58,661 bases of DNA from Mycobacteriales bacterium (lineage in GTDB: Bacteria; Actinomycetota; Actinomycetes; Mycobacteriales; SCTD01). The notes under the pieces are model-generated. The model did not search any database and had not been told where the DNA came from. It saw only the letters and a list, made by a program, of their open reading frames with translations. Positions 21,263-32,020 of this stretch are shown here, in pieces; position 1 is the stretch's first letter, and every line of letters begins with the position of its first letter. The position numbers and the translations under genes are program-made. The stretch covers positions 1 to 58,661 of the forward strand of contig JBBSTI010000003.1 of the NCBI GenBank assembly GCA_038236005.1, written 5' to 3'.

Positions 21263-22636
21263 TCACATGTCCATGGTTTGGTCTGGGCGGGTGTGCGAGT
21301 GCATGAAGAGTCGCTCGCCGAGAACGATGAGCAGGATGCCGCCGCCGGCGGCGTACAGGCTGAGGGCGTCGGCGGAGGCCTTGACCCAGACGAAGGCGCC
21401 GAGCACCACGAGGTCGAGGACGATGGCAGTCACGACGATGGCTGGCTTGAACGCCACGCGGGTCCGAAGGTGGCGAAGCAGACCCCAATGGATGGCGATG
21501 TCCATCAGGAGGTAGTAGATCGCACCGAGGGCCGCGATGCGGCGCAGGTCCAACGTCGCGGTCAGGGCCATGGCGAACGCGACGGTGTAGACGGTGGCGT
21601 GGATGCGCACGCCGCCGGGCATGGCGAAGTGGCGGTGCGGGACCTGCTTGAGGTGGGTGAGCATGCCGAGCATGCGGGAGGCGGCGAACACGCTGGCCAT
21701 GACCCCGGAGGCCGTCGCGACCACGGCCAGCACCACGGTGAACCAGACGCCACTGTCACCGAACGCCGGTCGGGCCGCCTCGGCGAGGGAGAAGTCCTCG
21801 GCGGCGATGATCTCCGGGAGGGTGAGGTTTCCGGCCACGGCAGCCGCGATGGCCAGGTAGACGACACTGCAGATGGCTAGCGAGATCATGATGGCCCGGC
21901 CGGTGTTGCGATGCGGATCGACGATCTCGCCGCCGCTGTTCGCGACCGTGGTGAACCCCTTGTAGGCAAGGATGGCCAGGGCGACCGCGGCCAAGAAGCC
22001 CTCGGGCGAGACGTCGATGCCCGCGCTGGCTGTGCCGTTGGTGAAGTTGGCGGCCTCGACCAACCACAGACCGGCGACGGCGAACAGCCCGAGACCAAGA
22101 ATTTTGATCGCGGCCATGAATCGTTGCGAGGCCTGGACGGCCTTGTTACCGGCGATGATGACGACGAACGCGGCGGCGAGAAGTCCGACCCCCAGGGCGG
22201 GCACCCAGAACGCAGCCGGCTCCAGACCGATGATCTGCAGCACGTACGACCCGAAGGTGCGGGCTACCAGGCTCTCGCTGATCACCATCGAGACATACAT
22301 GAGGATCGCGAACACCCCGGCTGTCGTGCCGGGACCGTACTGCTCACGGAGAAACACCGCGATGCCCCCCGAAGACGGGTAGACACCAGCGAGCTTGACG
22401 TAGGAGTAGGCACTGAACCCGACCACGATCGCAGCGACGACGAACGCGAACGGGAACAGGTCGCCGGCGAGACGAGCGGTCTGACCGGTGAGAGCGAAGA
22501 TTCCGGCGCCGATCATCACACCGGTCCCGAGCGCTACCGCCCCCGACAGGCTCAGGCTGCCCGGTACGTCCTCGGGCGACTGCTCATCGGTCGCACCGGG
22601 ACCGTCCTGCCTGTCAGCCACGTTGTTCAGCAGCAC
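21263..22636 (-). CDS. APC-family amino acid permease
   Basis: GVMIGAGIF, PSSGG and AYKGF motifs, 12 TM helices. The start may be the GTG at 22621. Confidence 0.9.
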   Translation of the reverse strand: MLLNNVADRQDGPGATDEQSPEDVPGSLSLSGAVALGTGVMIGAGIFALTGQTARLAGDLFPFAFVVAAIVVGFSAYSYVKLAGVYPSSGGIAVFLREQYGPGTTAGVFAILMYVSMVISESLVARTFGSYVLQIIGLEPAAFWVPALGVGLLAAAFVVIIAGNKAVQASQRFMAAIKILGLGLFAVAGLWLVEAANFTNGTASAGIDVSPEGFLAAVALAILAYKGFTTVANSGGEIVDPHRNTGRAIMISLAICSVVYLAIAAAVAGNLTLPEIIAAEDFSLAEAARPAFGDSGVWFTVVLAVVATASGVMASVFAASRMLGMLTHLKQVPHRHFAMPGGVRIHATVYTVAFAMALTATLDLRRIAALGAIYYLLMDIAIHWGLLRHLRTRVAFKPAIVVTAIVLDLVVLGAFVWVKASADALSLYAAGGGILLIVLGERLFMHSHTRPDQTMDM

Positions 22637-22730
22637 GTCGCAGCGGTGAGCAGCAGCGAGCCGCGGCGGTCATCGACCCGGTCCACGCGTCGCGAGACCC
22701 ACCAGGTGGGGGCCAACAGAGAGGCAGCAT
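22614..22730 (-). CDS. 38-aa leader ORF from element copy 4, overlapping the permease start
   Basis: MLPLCWPPPGGSRDAWTGSMTAAARCCSPLRRAAEQRG*; the stop lies within GTGGCTGA at the candidate permease GTG (22621). Confidence 0.4.
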   Translation of the reverse strand: MLPLCWPPPGGSRDAWTGSMTAAARCCSPLRRAAEQRG

Positions 22731-22847
22731 CGATCAGCCTTGGAATCGCACTTCCTGGTGGCACCTGGCGGAGAAGGATATTAAGAGCGCGGCCTTACGG
22801 CGGCGCTCCGACCCCAGGTCGGCTGATGCCCAGCGAGCAAACCGTAC
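22728..22847 (-). ncRNA. structured 5'-UTR element, copy 4
   Basis: TACGGT-N6-GCTGGGCATCAGCCGACCTGGGGTCGGAGCGCCGCCGTAAGGCCGCGCTC...CGCCAGGTGCCACCAGGAAGTGC...AAGG-N7-ATG; GTAA (GNRA) tetraloop. Confidence 0.7.
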
Positions 22848-22892
22848 GCGCACCGGCCACGATCGGCAAAGAACGAACCAGCCGCGAGCCGT

Positions 22893-22906
22893 AGGACCTT
22901 TGGCAC
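22893..22906. promoter_or_regulatory. imperfect DosR/DevR-like box
   Basis: AGGACCTTTGGCAC in the divergent permease/ATPase promoter region. Confidence 0.35.
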
Positions 22907-23066
22907 TAGGCAGCGGCACTTGCGACTGTGAGCATAGGTAGGCAGGGCCACTGCCGGGACTGGAGCCAGCATGAGCATCTGTCACGGGCTGTGACGAGTT
23001 CCCGTCACGTACCAAGGTTTCGGGGAGCAGCGCCAAGATCGTCCAAGCTTCGATGAAAGGTGACTC

Positions 23067-25832
23067 ATGAGCGGTAGCGACGTACTGGTCGTTGTTGGTG
23101 CCATGTTCTTGACCGGCCTCTTGGGGTGGTTCTTCTTCGGCCCGAAGAAGTCCCGGCGGGCTGATCTCGATGGCGGCGTGCAGAGCATCCGGGTGACGGT
23201 GAAGGGCGGGTACAGCCCGGACGTCATCCAGGTCACGCGTGGGGTGCCCGTTCGGCTGCTGTTCGACCGGCAGGAGTCCGGGGACTGCTCCTCACGCGTG
23301 GTCCTGCCCGACTTTCAGATCAATCAGCCGTTGCCGGCGTATGCCACCACGGCGGTCGACTTTGTTCCCGAACAAGCCGGGGACTATGAGTTTGCCTGCG
23401 GGATGAACATGATCCGTGGCCGGCTGCAGGTCGTGCAGGGTGACGGACCCAGCCGTGCCGCCTCGGTCGGGGTTGCTGCAGCGAGCGGGGACGGCGCTGC
23501 GGAGCCGGTGCCGACCGACCCGGACGGGCCGTCTGGAGCCGCAGACCCGGTGGGTGCGCTCGCCGGCGTGGACACGGCGGAAGCCGAGGAACGGGAGCGC
23601 AAGGCCGAGATCTCGGACCTGACCCGACGGGTGGTCTCCGGTGCGGTGCTCACGGCGCCGGTCCTGTTCGCGGTCATGCTGGTGGAGTTCTTCGGGGCCG
23701 CCTGGATGCCGGCACTGCTGACGGATCGCTGGTTCCAGCTGGCGCTGATCACACCGGTGATGTTCTACACCGGCTGGCCCATCCACCGCAGCGGGTGGCT
23801 GGCGATGTCGCACCGCACCGCGGACATGAACTCCCTGATCACGTTGGGCACGATCGCGGCGTACGGCTACAGCCTGGTGGTGACGTTCGTCCCGACGGCG
23901 CTGCCTGCCAGCGTCCAGGCGGTCTACTACGAGGCCGTCGGGGTGATCATCACCTTGATCCTGCTCGGACGGCTGTTCGAGACCAAGGCCAAGGCCGGCA
24001 CCGGTGAGGCGATCCGCACGCTGATCGGGCTGCAGCCCCGTACGGCCCGGGTCGTCCGCGACGGCCAGGAGGTAGAGGTGGACATCGACGACGTCCTGGT
24101 GGCCGACGTCGTGGTGGTGCGGCCCGGTGAGAAGCTGCCGGTGGACGGCCAGGTCGTCGAAGGCCGCTCCGCGGTCGACGAGTCGATGGTCACCGGCGAG
24201 CCGATCCCGGTGGTCAAGACCCCCGGAGACATCGTCATCGGGGCCACGATCAACCAGACCGGGTCTTTCCGCTACGAGGCCACCAAGATCGGCGCAGACA
24301 CCATGCTCGCGCAGATCATCAAGCTGGTCCGTCAGGCACAGGGTTCCAAGGCCCCGATCCAGCGCCTTGCCGACCAGGTCTCCAGCTTCTTCGTCCCGGC
24401 CGTGATCGGCCTGGCGATCTGGACCTTCGTGGTGTGGACGCTGCTCGGACCCTCGCCGGCGTTCATCTTCGCCCTCGTCGCGGCCGTGTCCGTGCTCGTG
24501 ATCGCCTGCCCGTGCGCGCTCGGACTGGCGACCCCGTTGTCGATCACGGTCGGCACCGGCAAGGGCGCGACTGCCGGCATCCTGATCCGCTCCGCGGAGG
24601 CCCTGGAGACCGCGCACAAGCTTGACACGATCGTGCTCGACAAGACCGGCACGATCACCGAGGGCACTCCGGCCCTCACCGACGTCCTGCCGGTCACCGG
24701 CTTCACCGCCGACGAGGTCCTGGCGCTGGTGGCCTCGGTCGAGGCTTCCTCCGAGCACCCGCTGGCCACGGCGATCGTCGCGGGGGCTCGGCAACGCACG
24801 CTGACCTTCCCGCCGGCCACCGCTTTCGACTCGATCACCGGTCAGGGCGTGCGTGCCCTGGTCGGTGGCAGGGAGGTGCTGGTCGGCAACCGGCGACTGC
24901 TGGCCGCTGCTGGCATCGACGACGACCCCCTCAGCGCGGACAGCGAGCGGCTCGCCGCAGACGGCAAGACCCCCATGCTGGTCGCCGTCGACGGGCGCGC
25001 CGCCGCAGTCATCGGGGTCGCCGACACCGTCAAGGCCGGCTCGGCCGGGGCGGTGGCCGCCCTGCACGCCCGGGGCATCGAGGTGGTCATGATGACCGGT
25101 GACAACCGGTTGACCGCCACCGCGATCGCCCGCCAGGTCGGCATCCGGCGGGTCCTGGCCGAGGTGATGCCAGAGCACAAGGCCGCAGAGGTTCGGCGGC
25201 TGCAGGCCGAAGGGCGGGTCGTCGGCATGGTCGGCGACGGCATCAACGACGCCCCCGCCTTGGCCCAGGCCGACGTCGGCTCCGCCATCGGCACCGGCAC
25301 GGACGTCGCCATCGAGTCCTCCGACCTCACCCTGATCTCCGGCGCCCTCTCCGGCCTGGTGACCGCCATCGACCTGTCCCGGGCCACCATGCGCAACATC
25401 CGGCAGAACCTGGTGTTCGCGTTCCTCTACAACGGGATCGGCATCCCGATCGCTGCCGGTGTGCTCTACCCGTCGTTCGGCATCACGCTGAGCCCGATGA
25501 TCGCAGCGGGCGCCATGGCGCTGTCGTCTCTTTCCGTCGTCGCGAACGCCAACCGGCTGCGCGGCTTCACCCCCACCGTCATCCCTGACAACGTCCGAGC
25601 GGAAGCCACCGACCCGGTGGTGGAGATCGGGCACGACGAACCGAAGGAGAACCTCATGGCCCACGAGACACAGCTGGTGACCGATCCGGTTTGCGGCATG
25701 AGCATCGACCCGGAGGCTGCGGCCAGCAGCACCGAGCACGCCGGCCAGACCTACTACTTCTGTTCCCCGAGCTGCGCCCAGACTTTTGCCGCGGACCCCG
25801 AAGCGCAGACCTCGGCAGCCAGGGCCACCTGA
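23067..25832 (+). CDS. Cu+ P1B-1 ATPase with an N-terminal CupA-like cupredoxin and a C-terminal YHS domain
   Basis: GGYSP..GDC..FACGMNM; CPC, DKTGT, YN and MALSS motifs; DPVCGM..YYFCS..C. Confidence 0.93.
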   Translation: MSGSDVLVVVGAMFLTGLLGWFFFGPKKSRRADLDGGVQSIRVTVKGGYSPDVIQVTRGVPVRLLFDRQESGDCSSRVVLPDFQINQPLPAYATTAVDFVPEQAGDYEFACGMNMIRGRLQVVQGDGPSRAASVGVAAASGDGAAEPVPTDPDGPSGAADPVGALAGVDTAEAEERERKAEISDLTRRVVSGAVLTAPVLFAVMLVEFFGAAWMPALLTDRWFQLALITPVMFYTGWPIHRSGWLAMSHRTADMNSLITLGTIAAYGYSLVVTFVPTALPASVQAVYYEAVGVIITLILLGRLFETKAKAGTGEAIRTLIGLQPRTARVVRDGQEVEVDIDDVLVADVVVVRPGEKLPVDGQVVEGRSAVDESMVTGEPIPVVKTPGDIVIGATINQTGSFRYEATKIGADTMLAQIIKLVRQAQGSKAPIQRLADQVSSFFVPAVIGLAIWTFVVWTLLGPSPAFIFALVAAVSVLVIACPCALGLATPLSITVGTGKGATAGILIRSAEALETAHKLDTIVLDKTGTITEGTPALTDVLPVTGFTADEVLALVASVEASSEHPLATAIVAGARQRTLTFPPATAFDSITGQGVRALVGGREVLVGNRRLLAAAGIDDDPLSADSERLAADGKTPMLVAVDGRAAAVIGVADTVKAGSAGAVAALHARGIEVVMMTGDNRLTATAIARQVGIRRVLAEVMPEHKAAEVRRLQAEGRVVGMVGDGINDAPALAQADVGSAIGTGTDVAIESSDLTLISGALSGLVTAIDLSRATMRNIRQNLVFAFLYNGIGIPIAAGVLYPSFGITLSPMIAAGAMALSSLSVVANANRLRGFTPTVIPDNVRAEATDPVVEIGHDEPKENLMAHETQLVTDPVCGMSIDPEAAASSTEHAGQTYYFCSPSCAQTFAADPEAQTSAARAT

Positions 25833-25846
25833 CCTGCGCCTCGATT

Positions 25847-25875
25847 CCTGCCCTGGACGTCGCGATCGGGGCAGG
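25847..25875. terminator. GC hairpin between convergent genes
   Basis: CCTGCCC-N15-GGGCAGG; no U tract. Confidence 0.35.
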
Positions 25876-25908
25876 TTCCTCTGCCAGGTGTCAGGGTGGA
25901 TAGCGCGA

Positions 25909-26343
25909 CTACGTCCTCTCTGGTGAGTCGACGGAGGAGGGATAGGGATACAGGTAGCTGGCGCCCCAATAGGGTTCGTAGCCGTAGTGGTCAAAGACGC
26001 TGGCGTGGTAGGGCCGGTTGTCGACGAGGTCGGGGGCGTAGCCCGGGCTCGAAGCGACCCGGTCGCCTGACTGGTCGATCTCGACGTCTTGCTCGGTGAT
26101 CTTCGTGACGGCGTCGACGGGGATGAGCGTCTTCGTCCTCCCGAACCCGAGGACCCCGCCGTGCTCGACGAGCAGGAACCGGATCTTGCTCTCCTGGTCG
26201 TCGACGAGCAGGTCAGACACCGTGCCGAGACGGATGCCGTCCTTGTCCCTCACGGTGCGGCCGCGGACGTCGTTGGCCGGTCCGTCGACCGTCATGCCGC
26301 GGTCGCCCAGGGTGTAGATGGTGGCGTTGTCGTGGAGAGTCAT
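25909..26343 (-). CDS. PRC-barrel domain protein
   Basis: DVRGRTVRDKDG..LGTVSDLLVD...RFLLVEHGG.LGFG and YGY.PYW motifs. Confidence 0.88.
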   Translation of the reverse strand: MTLHDNATIYTLGDRGMTVDGPANDVRGRTVRDKDGIRLGTVSDLLVDDQESKIRFLLVEHGGVLGFGRTKTLIPVDAVTKITEQDVEIDQSGDRVASSPGYAPDLVDNRPYHASVFDHYGYEPYWGASYLYPYPSSVDSPERT

Positions 26344-26411
26344 GGCTCCGGGTCCTTCACGGTGGTGGGTCGGTGGAGTTCCTGTGGGCGGTCGTCGGTG
26401 GGCAAGCCCGC

Positions 26412-27467
26412 TCAGAGCGGAGCTCCCGTGGTGCGCAGTCCCTCACGGGGTCGGGTTGTCGCGCTCGGGTCCTCGAGGTGCTCGGCGATCAGGTGCGCGC
26501 ACCACTCGCCGTGGCTGAGCGGCAACAGGTGCGTCCCGCCCGCGTAGGTCCGGTGCCGCACGGAGGAGTGGGCCGCGGCGAACTGTGCCGCTCGCCCGGG
26601 AACCGGTACGGGGTCGCGACCGCCCTCGGCCAGGGTGACCGGCGTTCCGGCCGCACCGAGACGGAGCAGCGCCGGCTCCCACTCCGCGGTGTGAAGCAGG
26701 CCGCTGAGAGAGCCGCGGAAGGAGTCCCACGTGTGCTGCACCCCAGCGAGGGCGACCGGGAGAGGCAGGTCCGGCCGCACCGCAACCGCGACCCAGCCCG
26801 CCGCTCGGCGGTGCGCGCACACCCACCGGCAGAGCATCTTCGGGATCGGTCCGTCACCGACCAGGATGGCCTCGGTCGGCCCCATCAAGGCGACCCGCGC
26901 ATCAGCCTCCGCGGCGTCGCGGTACAAGGCTCCGCACAGCGTGGTCACTCCAAGGACCCGCTCGGGGTGGCGTGCGGCGAACCGGAGAGCCAGCGGCCCG
27001 CCCATCGAGTGTCCCGCGACGATCAGGGGCTCGGCGTCAAGACCCAGCGCCGCCAACATCGCATCCAGGGCATCGAGGTGGCCCTCTCCGGTCACCGGGT
27101 CCGACGTCACCAGCGAGCCGCCGAACCCCAGCAGGTCCGGTACGACGACCCAGGCAGATTCGCCGAGCCGATCGAACGCCGCACCGAAGCTGCTGCCGGA
27201 CGAGATCATGCCGTGCAGCAGCAGCACGACCGGCCCCCCAGATCCGAACGTACGCACCTGCAGCGGGCCCGCCTGCACGGAACCACCCGCGCCGGCCCGC
27301 CACCGGCGCACCGTCGGAGACCGCAGGTGGGCGAGCCCCCACGCCCCGGTCAGCAACGCGCTGACCATCCCGACCGCGGCCCACGGACCCGCGACGCCGG
27401 TCGACCGGACCGGGCCAGGCCCACGGGCTCGTCCCGACACCGTCCGTACGCGTGGGCTCCCGCTCAT
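26412..27467 (-). CDS. alpha/beta-fold hydrolase
   Basis: LLHG, PDLLGFG, GHSMG nucleophile elbow, Asp (GRDP) and His (THLLP). Confidence 0.85.
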   Translation of the reverse strand: MSGSPRVRTVSGRARGPGPVRSTGVAGPWAAVGMVSALLTGAWGLAHLRSPTVRRWRAGAGGSVQAGPLQVRTFGSGGPVVLLLHGMISSGSSFGAAFDRLGESAWVVVPDLLGFGGSLVTSDPVTGEGHLDALDAMLAALGLDAEPLIVAGHSMGGPLALRFAARHPERVLGVTTLCGALYRDAAEADARVALMGPTEAILVGDGPIPKMLCRWVCAHRRAAGWVAVAVRPDLPLPVALAGVQHTWDSFRGSLSGLLHTAEWEPALLRLGAAGTPVTLAEGGRDPVPVPGRAAQFAAAHSSVRHRTYAGGTHLLPLSHGEWCAHLIAEHLEDPSATTRPREGLRTTGAPL

Positions 27468-27639
27468 GTCCCTACCGTCGCACCGGCAGGACCGGACGTC
27501 ACCTGCCGGAGGACCCGCGACCGGGGGCACATGGTCCCGAGCGGGCTCGCGACCTACAGGCGGCGGGCCGCGACCTCCCGACGCTGACACCCGCCGGGTC
27601 GACCATGAGTCCGCGAGCAGGCAGGTCTCGGACCGGGAC

Positions 27640-29310
27640 GTGGTAGACCTCGCAACGCAGGTGCCCAGCAAGCTCAGCAGACCTCGGGCCGAGCCTGTCC
27701 GATCGTGTGCAGCGAGGAGGTTGCTGATCATCACAGACCCGCGCCGGTCCCTGCGGCAGTTCCGGCGGGCGACGCAGATCGCCACGATCCTGTGGGCGAG
27801 CGGATTCCGGTGGTTGGTGGCCGCTCTGGGCCTGCAGGTCTGCGTCGACATCGGCTGTCGTCTGCTGTGCTTCGGACACCTACGTCAGTGCCATCACCAC
27901 GTCGAGATGGACCTGCCGCTGCCGGACCGGATGCGCCGTGCGGTGGAGGCGCTGGGACCGACGTTCGTCAAGATCGGGCAGATCGTTGCGATGCGCCCGG
28001 ACTATGTGCCGATCGAGTACGCGTTGGCGCTGCGGCAGCTGCAGAACCACGCCGAGCCGTTCGGGTCCGAGTCAGCGCGGCAGATGGTCGAGGCCGAGCT
28101 CGGCCACCCGTTGGACGAGCTGTTCGCCGACTTCGAACCGGAACCGTTCGCGGCCGCGTCGCTGGCGCAGGTCCACCGGGCCACGCTCCCGGACGGACGG
28201 CGTGTCGCGGTGAAGATCCAGCGTCCCGGGGCGGAACGTCAGATGCGCGACGACCTCGACCTGCTCGCGTTGCTCGCCCGACGGCTCGAGCGCCGCGCTC
28301 CGCAGGTTCTGGGCTTTCGTCCGACGGCCTTGGTTGCTGATCTGCGGGAGACCACGCTGCGCGAGCTGGACTTCCGGGAGGAGGCCCGGACCTGCGAGAG
28401 GGTCGGTGCGTTCTTCGCCGGACGTGCGGACATCGTCATTCCGTGGGTCGACGCCGACCGCACCACCAGACGTGTCCTGACGATGGAGTTCGTCGAAGGC
28501 GTTTCACCTGCTCCCGCGACCGCTCTGCGGGAGCAGGGTCTTGACGTCGACCTGCTGCTCAACGCCGGTGCGCGGGCCATGCTCGATCAGCTCTTCACCC
28601 TGGGCATTTTTCACGCGGACCCGCACCCCGGCAACCTGCTGTTCCTGCCCGGTGACCGGGTGGCCTTTCTCGACTTCGGCATGTTCGGGCGTCTCAACGC
28701 GCGCAACCGCCGCCGGCTGGCCCTGATGGTGTGGGCCCTGGTGCAGGGGGACTTCGACGTCGTCGCGGGCCAGCTCCTCGGCTTCGCCACCCTGGGCCCT
28801 GGCGCCGACCCCGACGCCTTCCGCGACGCGTTCGACGACGTGGTGCAGGACTGGTATGCGGGCAAGGGCAACTCGTCGATCGCGCACCTGCTGGTGCGCG
28901 AGCTCGGGATCGGCGCACGGTTCGGCATCGTGTTCCCCCGCGATCTCGTTCTCGTCGCCCGCGCCCTCGTCGGGCTCGAGGCGACGACCACGCTGGTGGT
29001 CCCGGAGCGTTCGTTCCAACAGCTGCTGGAACCGCTCGTCGACAACGTCCGCGGTGCGGTGCTCCCGCACGGGGCGCAGCTCAAGGACATCGTGATGCAG
29101 CACCGGTACGAATACCTCCAGCTCGCGCTCGAGCTGCCCGATCTGCTGCCCGACCTCGCCCGACGGGTGCTGGGGGACAGCCAGACGCCCGGTGACCTGC
29201 TGCCCGGGAAGACGAAGGACCGGCTGTCTCCGGGCTGGCTCCTGCTCGCGGCTGCCACCGGGGCCGCAGCCGGGCGCCTGGCCGCAGCAAAGACCCGCGG
29301 GCGGGCCTGA
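27640..29310 (+). CDS. ABC1/AarF/UbiB-family kinase
   Basis: LGPTFVKIGQ, AAASLAQVH, VAVKIQRPG, FHADPHPGN and DFG motifs; the start is uncertain. Confidence 0.9.
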   Translation: MVDLATQVPSKLSRPRAEPVRSCAARRLLIITDPRRSLRQFRRATQIATILWASGFRWLVAALGLQVCVDIGCRLLCFGHLRQCHHHVEMDLPLPDRMRRAVEALGPTFVKIGQIVAMRPDYVPIEYALALRQLQNHAEPFGSESARQMVEAELGHPLDELFADFEPEPFAAASLAQVHRATLPDGRRVAVKIQRPGAERQMRDDLDLLALLARRLERRAPQVLGFRPTALVADLRETTLRELDFREEARTCERVGAFFAGRADIVIPWVDADRTTRRVLTMEFVEGVSPAPATALREQGLDVDLLLNAGARAMLDQLFTLGIFHADPHPGNLLFLPGDRVAFLDFGMFGRLNARNRRRLALMVWALVQGDFDVVAGQLLGFATLGPGADPDAFRDAFDDVVQDWYAGKGNSSIAHLLVRELGIGARFGIVFPRDLVLVARALVGLEATTTLVVPERSFQQLLEPLVDNVRGAVLPHGAQLKDIVMQHRYEYLQLALELPDLLPDLARRVLGDSQTPGDLLPGKTKDRLSPGWLLLAAATGAAAGRLAAAKTRGRA

Positions 29311-29402
29311 TCGCCCTGACCAGGTCGCTGATGCTCCTCAACCTGCGAGCAGCAGGGGTAGACAGCCCGCATTCCTACCGACCCAGCGATGAGGAGGCTG
29401 AC

Positions 29403-29519
29403 ATGGCGAATCGGATCACCACGGACCTGGTCCGCGGCGTGACGGTGCAAGATTTGTCGTCCGACCCGGCCAGCCGACAGCCGTTCGGCGAAGAGATGCC
29501 CGACGAAGGTGCGCGGTGA
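29403..29519 (+). CDS. 38-aa small ORF coupled to zwf
   Basis: GAGGAGG SD; GTGA overlap with the zwf start. Confidence 0.45.
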   Translation: MANRITTDLVRGVTVQDLSSDPASRQPFGEEMPDEGAR

Positions 29520-30970
29520 GCCCGCCGGCGGCGGATGCGCTGGTGCTGTTCGGCGTGTCCGGTGACCTGGCGCACCGCAAGCTGCTGCCCGCTCTCTACG
29601 GACTGGCCGTCCGGGGACTGCTCGATATGCCCGTGCTGGGCGTGTCGGCCGGCGACTGGGACGACGCGGCGCTGGCGGAGCACACCGCTACCGCGATCAC
29701 CGCAGCCCGGCCGGACGCCGATGAGCAGGTGGTGGCCGACCTGACGAGCCGGTTGCACATGGTCGCGGGGGACTACCGCGATCCGGCCACGTTCGAGAAG
29801 CTGGCGCAGCGTTGCGCCGAGCTGGGGGTTCGTCATGCCGTGCACTACCTGGCCATCCCGCCGGATCTGGCCGGCACGGTCATCGGGGGCCTGGCTCAGG
29901 CGGGGCTGAACCGCGGCGCCCGGGTGGTGCTGGAAAAGCCGTTCGGCCGCGACCTCGCCTCGGCGCAGCGGCTGAACGAGACCGTTCGGCAGGCGTTCGA
30001 CGAGTCGTCGATCTTCCGGATCGACCATTACCTCGGCAAGGAGTCGGTGGAGAACCTGCTGGTGTTCCGGTTCGCGAACTCGCTGCTGGAACCGGTGTGG
30101 AACCGTCGCTACGTCTCGCAGGTGCAGATCACCATGGCCGAGACCATCGGGGTGTCTGGTCGCGGCGGGTTCTACGAGGGCGTGGGTGCGGTCCGCGACG
30201 TGGTGCAGAACCACCTGCTGCAGGTGCTGGCGCTGCTGGCGATGGAGCCACCGGTCAGCGCTGACGCCGCCGCGCTGCGCGATGAGAAGGCGAAAGTCCT
30301 GACCGCGATCCAGCCGGTGAGCTCGGCAGACTGTGTGTTCGGGCAGTACAACGGCTATCGCGACGAACCGGGCGTGGCCGCCGACTCCTCGGTCGAGACC
30401 TACGCCGCGCTGCGTCTCCACATCGACACCTGGCGCTGGGCCGGGGTGCCGTTCGTGCTACGTGCCGGCAAACGGCTGGCGGCCACCGCGCTGGAAGCGG
30501 TGGTGGAGCTCCAGGCCCCGCCCCGGCTGCTGTTCGTCCCGCACGCCGCGGCGCCGGAGCCGAACCTGCTGCGGTTCCGGCTCGGCGTCGATGACGGGGT
30601 CACCATGACGCTGCAGGCCAAGAGGCCCGGCGAACAGCTGCACACCCGCTCCGTCGACCTCGATGTGGACTTTCCCGTCGCGCTGGGAGCTCGCCACGAC
30701 GCCTATGAACGGCTGCTCGCCGACGCGTTGGTGGGGGATACGTCACGCTTCGCCCGTAATGACGCCGTCGAGCAGGCCTGGCGCATCGTGCAACCGCTTT
30801 TCGACGATCCGCCACCGGTCAGCAGCTATGAGCCCGGCACCTGGGGACCCGAGCAAGCCAGCCGGATCACCCCGGCCGGATGGCATTCCGTCCAGCTCCA
30901 CCACCAGCATTCCGCCGCGCACCGGGCGGCCACGCCAGCGCCCCCACCGGGAAAGACGGCGCATCAGTGA
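29516..30970 (+). CDS. zwf: glucose-6-phosphate 1-dehydrogenase
   Basis: [20 protein letters not shown] and RDVVQNH motifs. Confidence 0.96.
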   Translation: MSPPAADALVLFGVSGDLAHRKLLPALYGLAVRGLLDMPVLGVSAGDWDDAALAEHTATAITAARPDADEQVVADLTSRLHMVAGDYRDPATFEKLAQRCAELGVRHAVHYLAIPPDLAGTVIGGLAQAGLNRGARVVLEKPFGRDLASAQRLNETVRQAFDESSIFRIDHYLGKESVENLLVFRFANSLLEPVWNRRYVSQVQITMAETIGVSGRGGFYEGVGAVRDVVQNHLLQVLALLAMEPPVSADAAALRDEKAKVLTAIQPVSSADCVFGQYNGYRDEPGVAADSSVETYAALRLHIDTWRWAGVPFVLRAGKRLAATALEAVVELQAPPRLLFVPHAAAPEPNLLRFRLGVDDGVTMTLQAKRPGEQLHTRSVDLDVDFPVALGARHDAYERLLADALVGDTSRFARNDAVEQAWRIVQPLFDDPPPVSSYEPGTWGPEQASRITPAGWHSVQLHHQHSAAHRAATPAPPPGKTAHQ

Positions 30971-30986
30971 GATCCTCCCGGTCTGC

Positions 30987-31022
30987 GGGTCTTTCGGCCC
31001 ACGGTGTCGGTCAGAAGGTCCC
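30987..31022. promoter_or_regulatory. tandem DosR/DevR-like boxes
   Basis: GGGTCTTTCGGCCC and GGTCAGAAGGTCCC, 22 bp centre to centre. Confidence 0.5.
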
Positions 31023-31253
31023 TGGTCCCGGTGATGGCGACGGTGGTCGGCACAGCGGCACAGCGGCACAGCGCTCCGAGCACCGACGCTGGGCCACGGG
31101 CGCCCGTCCAGCCGGGGACCGCTGGCTGGCGGCGAAGACGGGCAGCCGATGAGCGTGATCCGGCGGCACGCCAGGGCTGGCGCGTGAACTGCGCCGTCGT
31201 CGTCGTCGACGACGACGGCGGGCTGGTCGCCCCCCCGATCCAGCAGCGCCACG

Positions 31254-32020
31254 ATGCGCCGCACCCGGATCGGTGTGATGGGCGTTGCGGCGCTGCTCCT
31301 GACTGAGGCTCGTGGGCGCGCCAGCACGGCCACGGACCGCCGCCCGACCTTCCCGTCGACCTGCTGGTGCGCCCACCCGCCGGGATTCCCTTCGTCGGCC
31401 GCCCGTACCGTCTCGCGGCGCTCGGCGACTCCGGCATGAGCGGGGTCGGAGCCGGCGACCTCGACGGTGTGTTGTCGGGACAGGTGGCGCAGCGCCTCGC
31501 CGTAGCCCTCGACAGGTCGGTCCACGTGACCAGCTCTGCGCGGGCCGGGGCGCGCACCGCCGATGTCCTACGCGAGCACGTTCCGCGACTCACGGCGGCT
31601 GACGGTGTGGTCCTGCTGGTGGGGACCAACGACTTCGTGCACCGGACCCCGCTGCCCGTCCTGCGCAGGCAGACCGCCGCGCTGCTCGATGCGTTGGTCG
31701 CAGCCGGCGCGCCCGTGACGATGTCAAGCCTGCCGGAGTTCCGGGCGATGCGCCTGCTGCCCCGTCCGCTGCGCGACACCGTGTCGGCATACGCGCGCGT
31801 GATCAACGCGATGCAGCGTGGACAGGCCGCGTCGCGCCCGACCGTCCAGCTGGTCGACGTGCGCCGACACGCCGGTCCTGCGTTTCTGCGCCAGCCCGCC
31901 GCCATGAGCGCGGACGGCTTCCACCCGTCCCGTCTCGGCTACGCGCTCATCGCGGACGCGCTCGCTCCCGTGGTTGCTGCGACGAGCAGGGCCCCGATAG
32001 TGACAGACGTCTCCTCCTGA
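31254..32020 (+). pseudogene. SGNH/GDSL hydrolase with an apparent 1-nt frameshift near 31314
   Basis: The N-terminal anchor MRRTRIGVMGVAALLLTEAR is in one frame. The catalytic part (GDS, GTND, DGFHP) is in another frame that has a stop at 31306. Confidence 0.65.

Noticed and set aside
25879-25892. CTCTGCCAGGTGTC matches the 3' half of the element
   Set aside because: The 5' half, SD and ATG are absent, and it lies between convergent genes beside a hairpin. Not counted as a sixth copy.
23292-25994. Long antisense ORFs (for example 900 aa here, 41799..43856, 44310..45992, 3838..5190)
   Set aside because: These are shadow frames of well-supported genes in high-GC DNA, with no motifs.
26731-27639. 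Upstream extension of the ABC1 kinase ORF
   Set aside because: It is antisense to the hydrolase gene and crosses the divergent promoter region.
29310-29400. GCTGATGCTCCT resembling a fluoride riboswitch
   Set aside because: It lacks the 5' GGCGATGG..TTCGCC stem, and the downstream gene does not fit.
31049-31072. GGCACAGC three-copy microsatellite
   Set aside because: It is short and intergenic, with no evidence of function.
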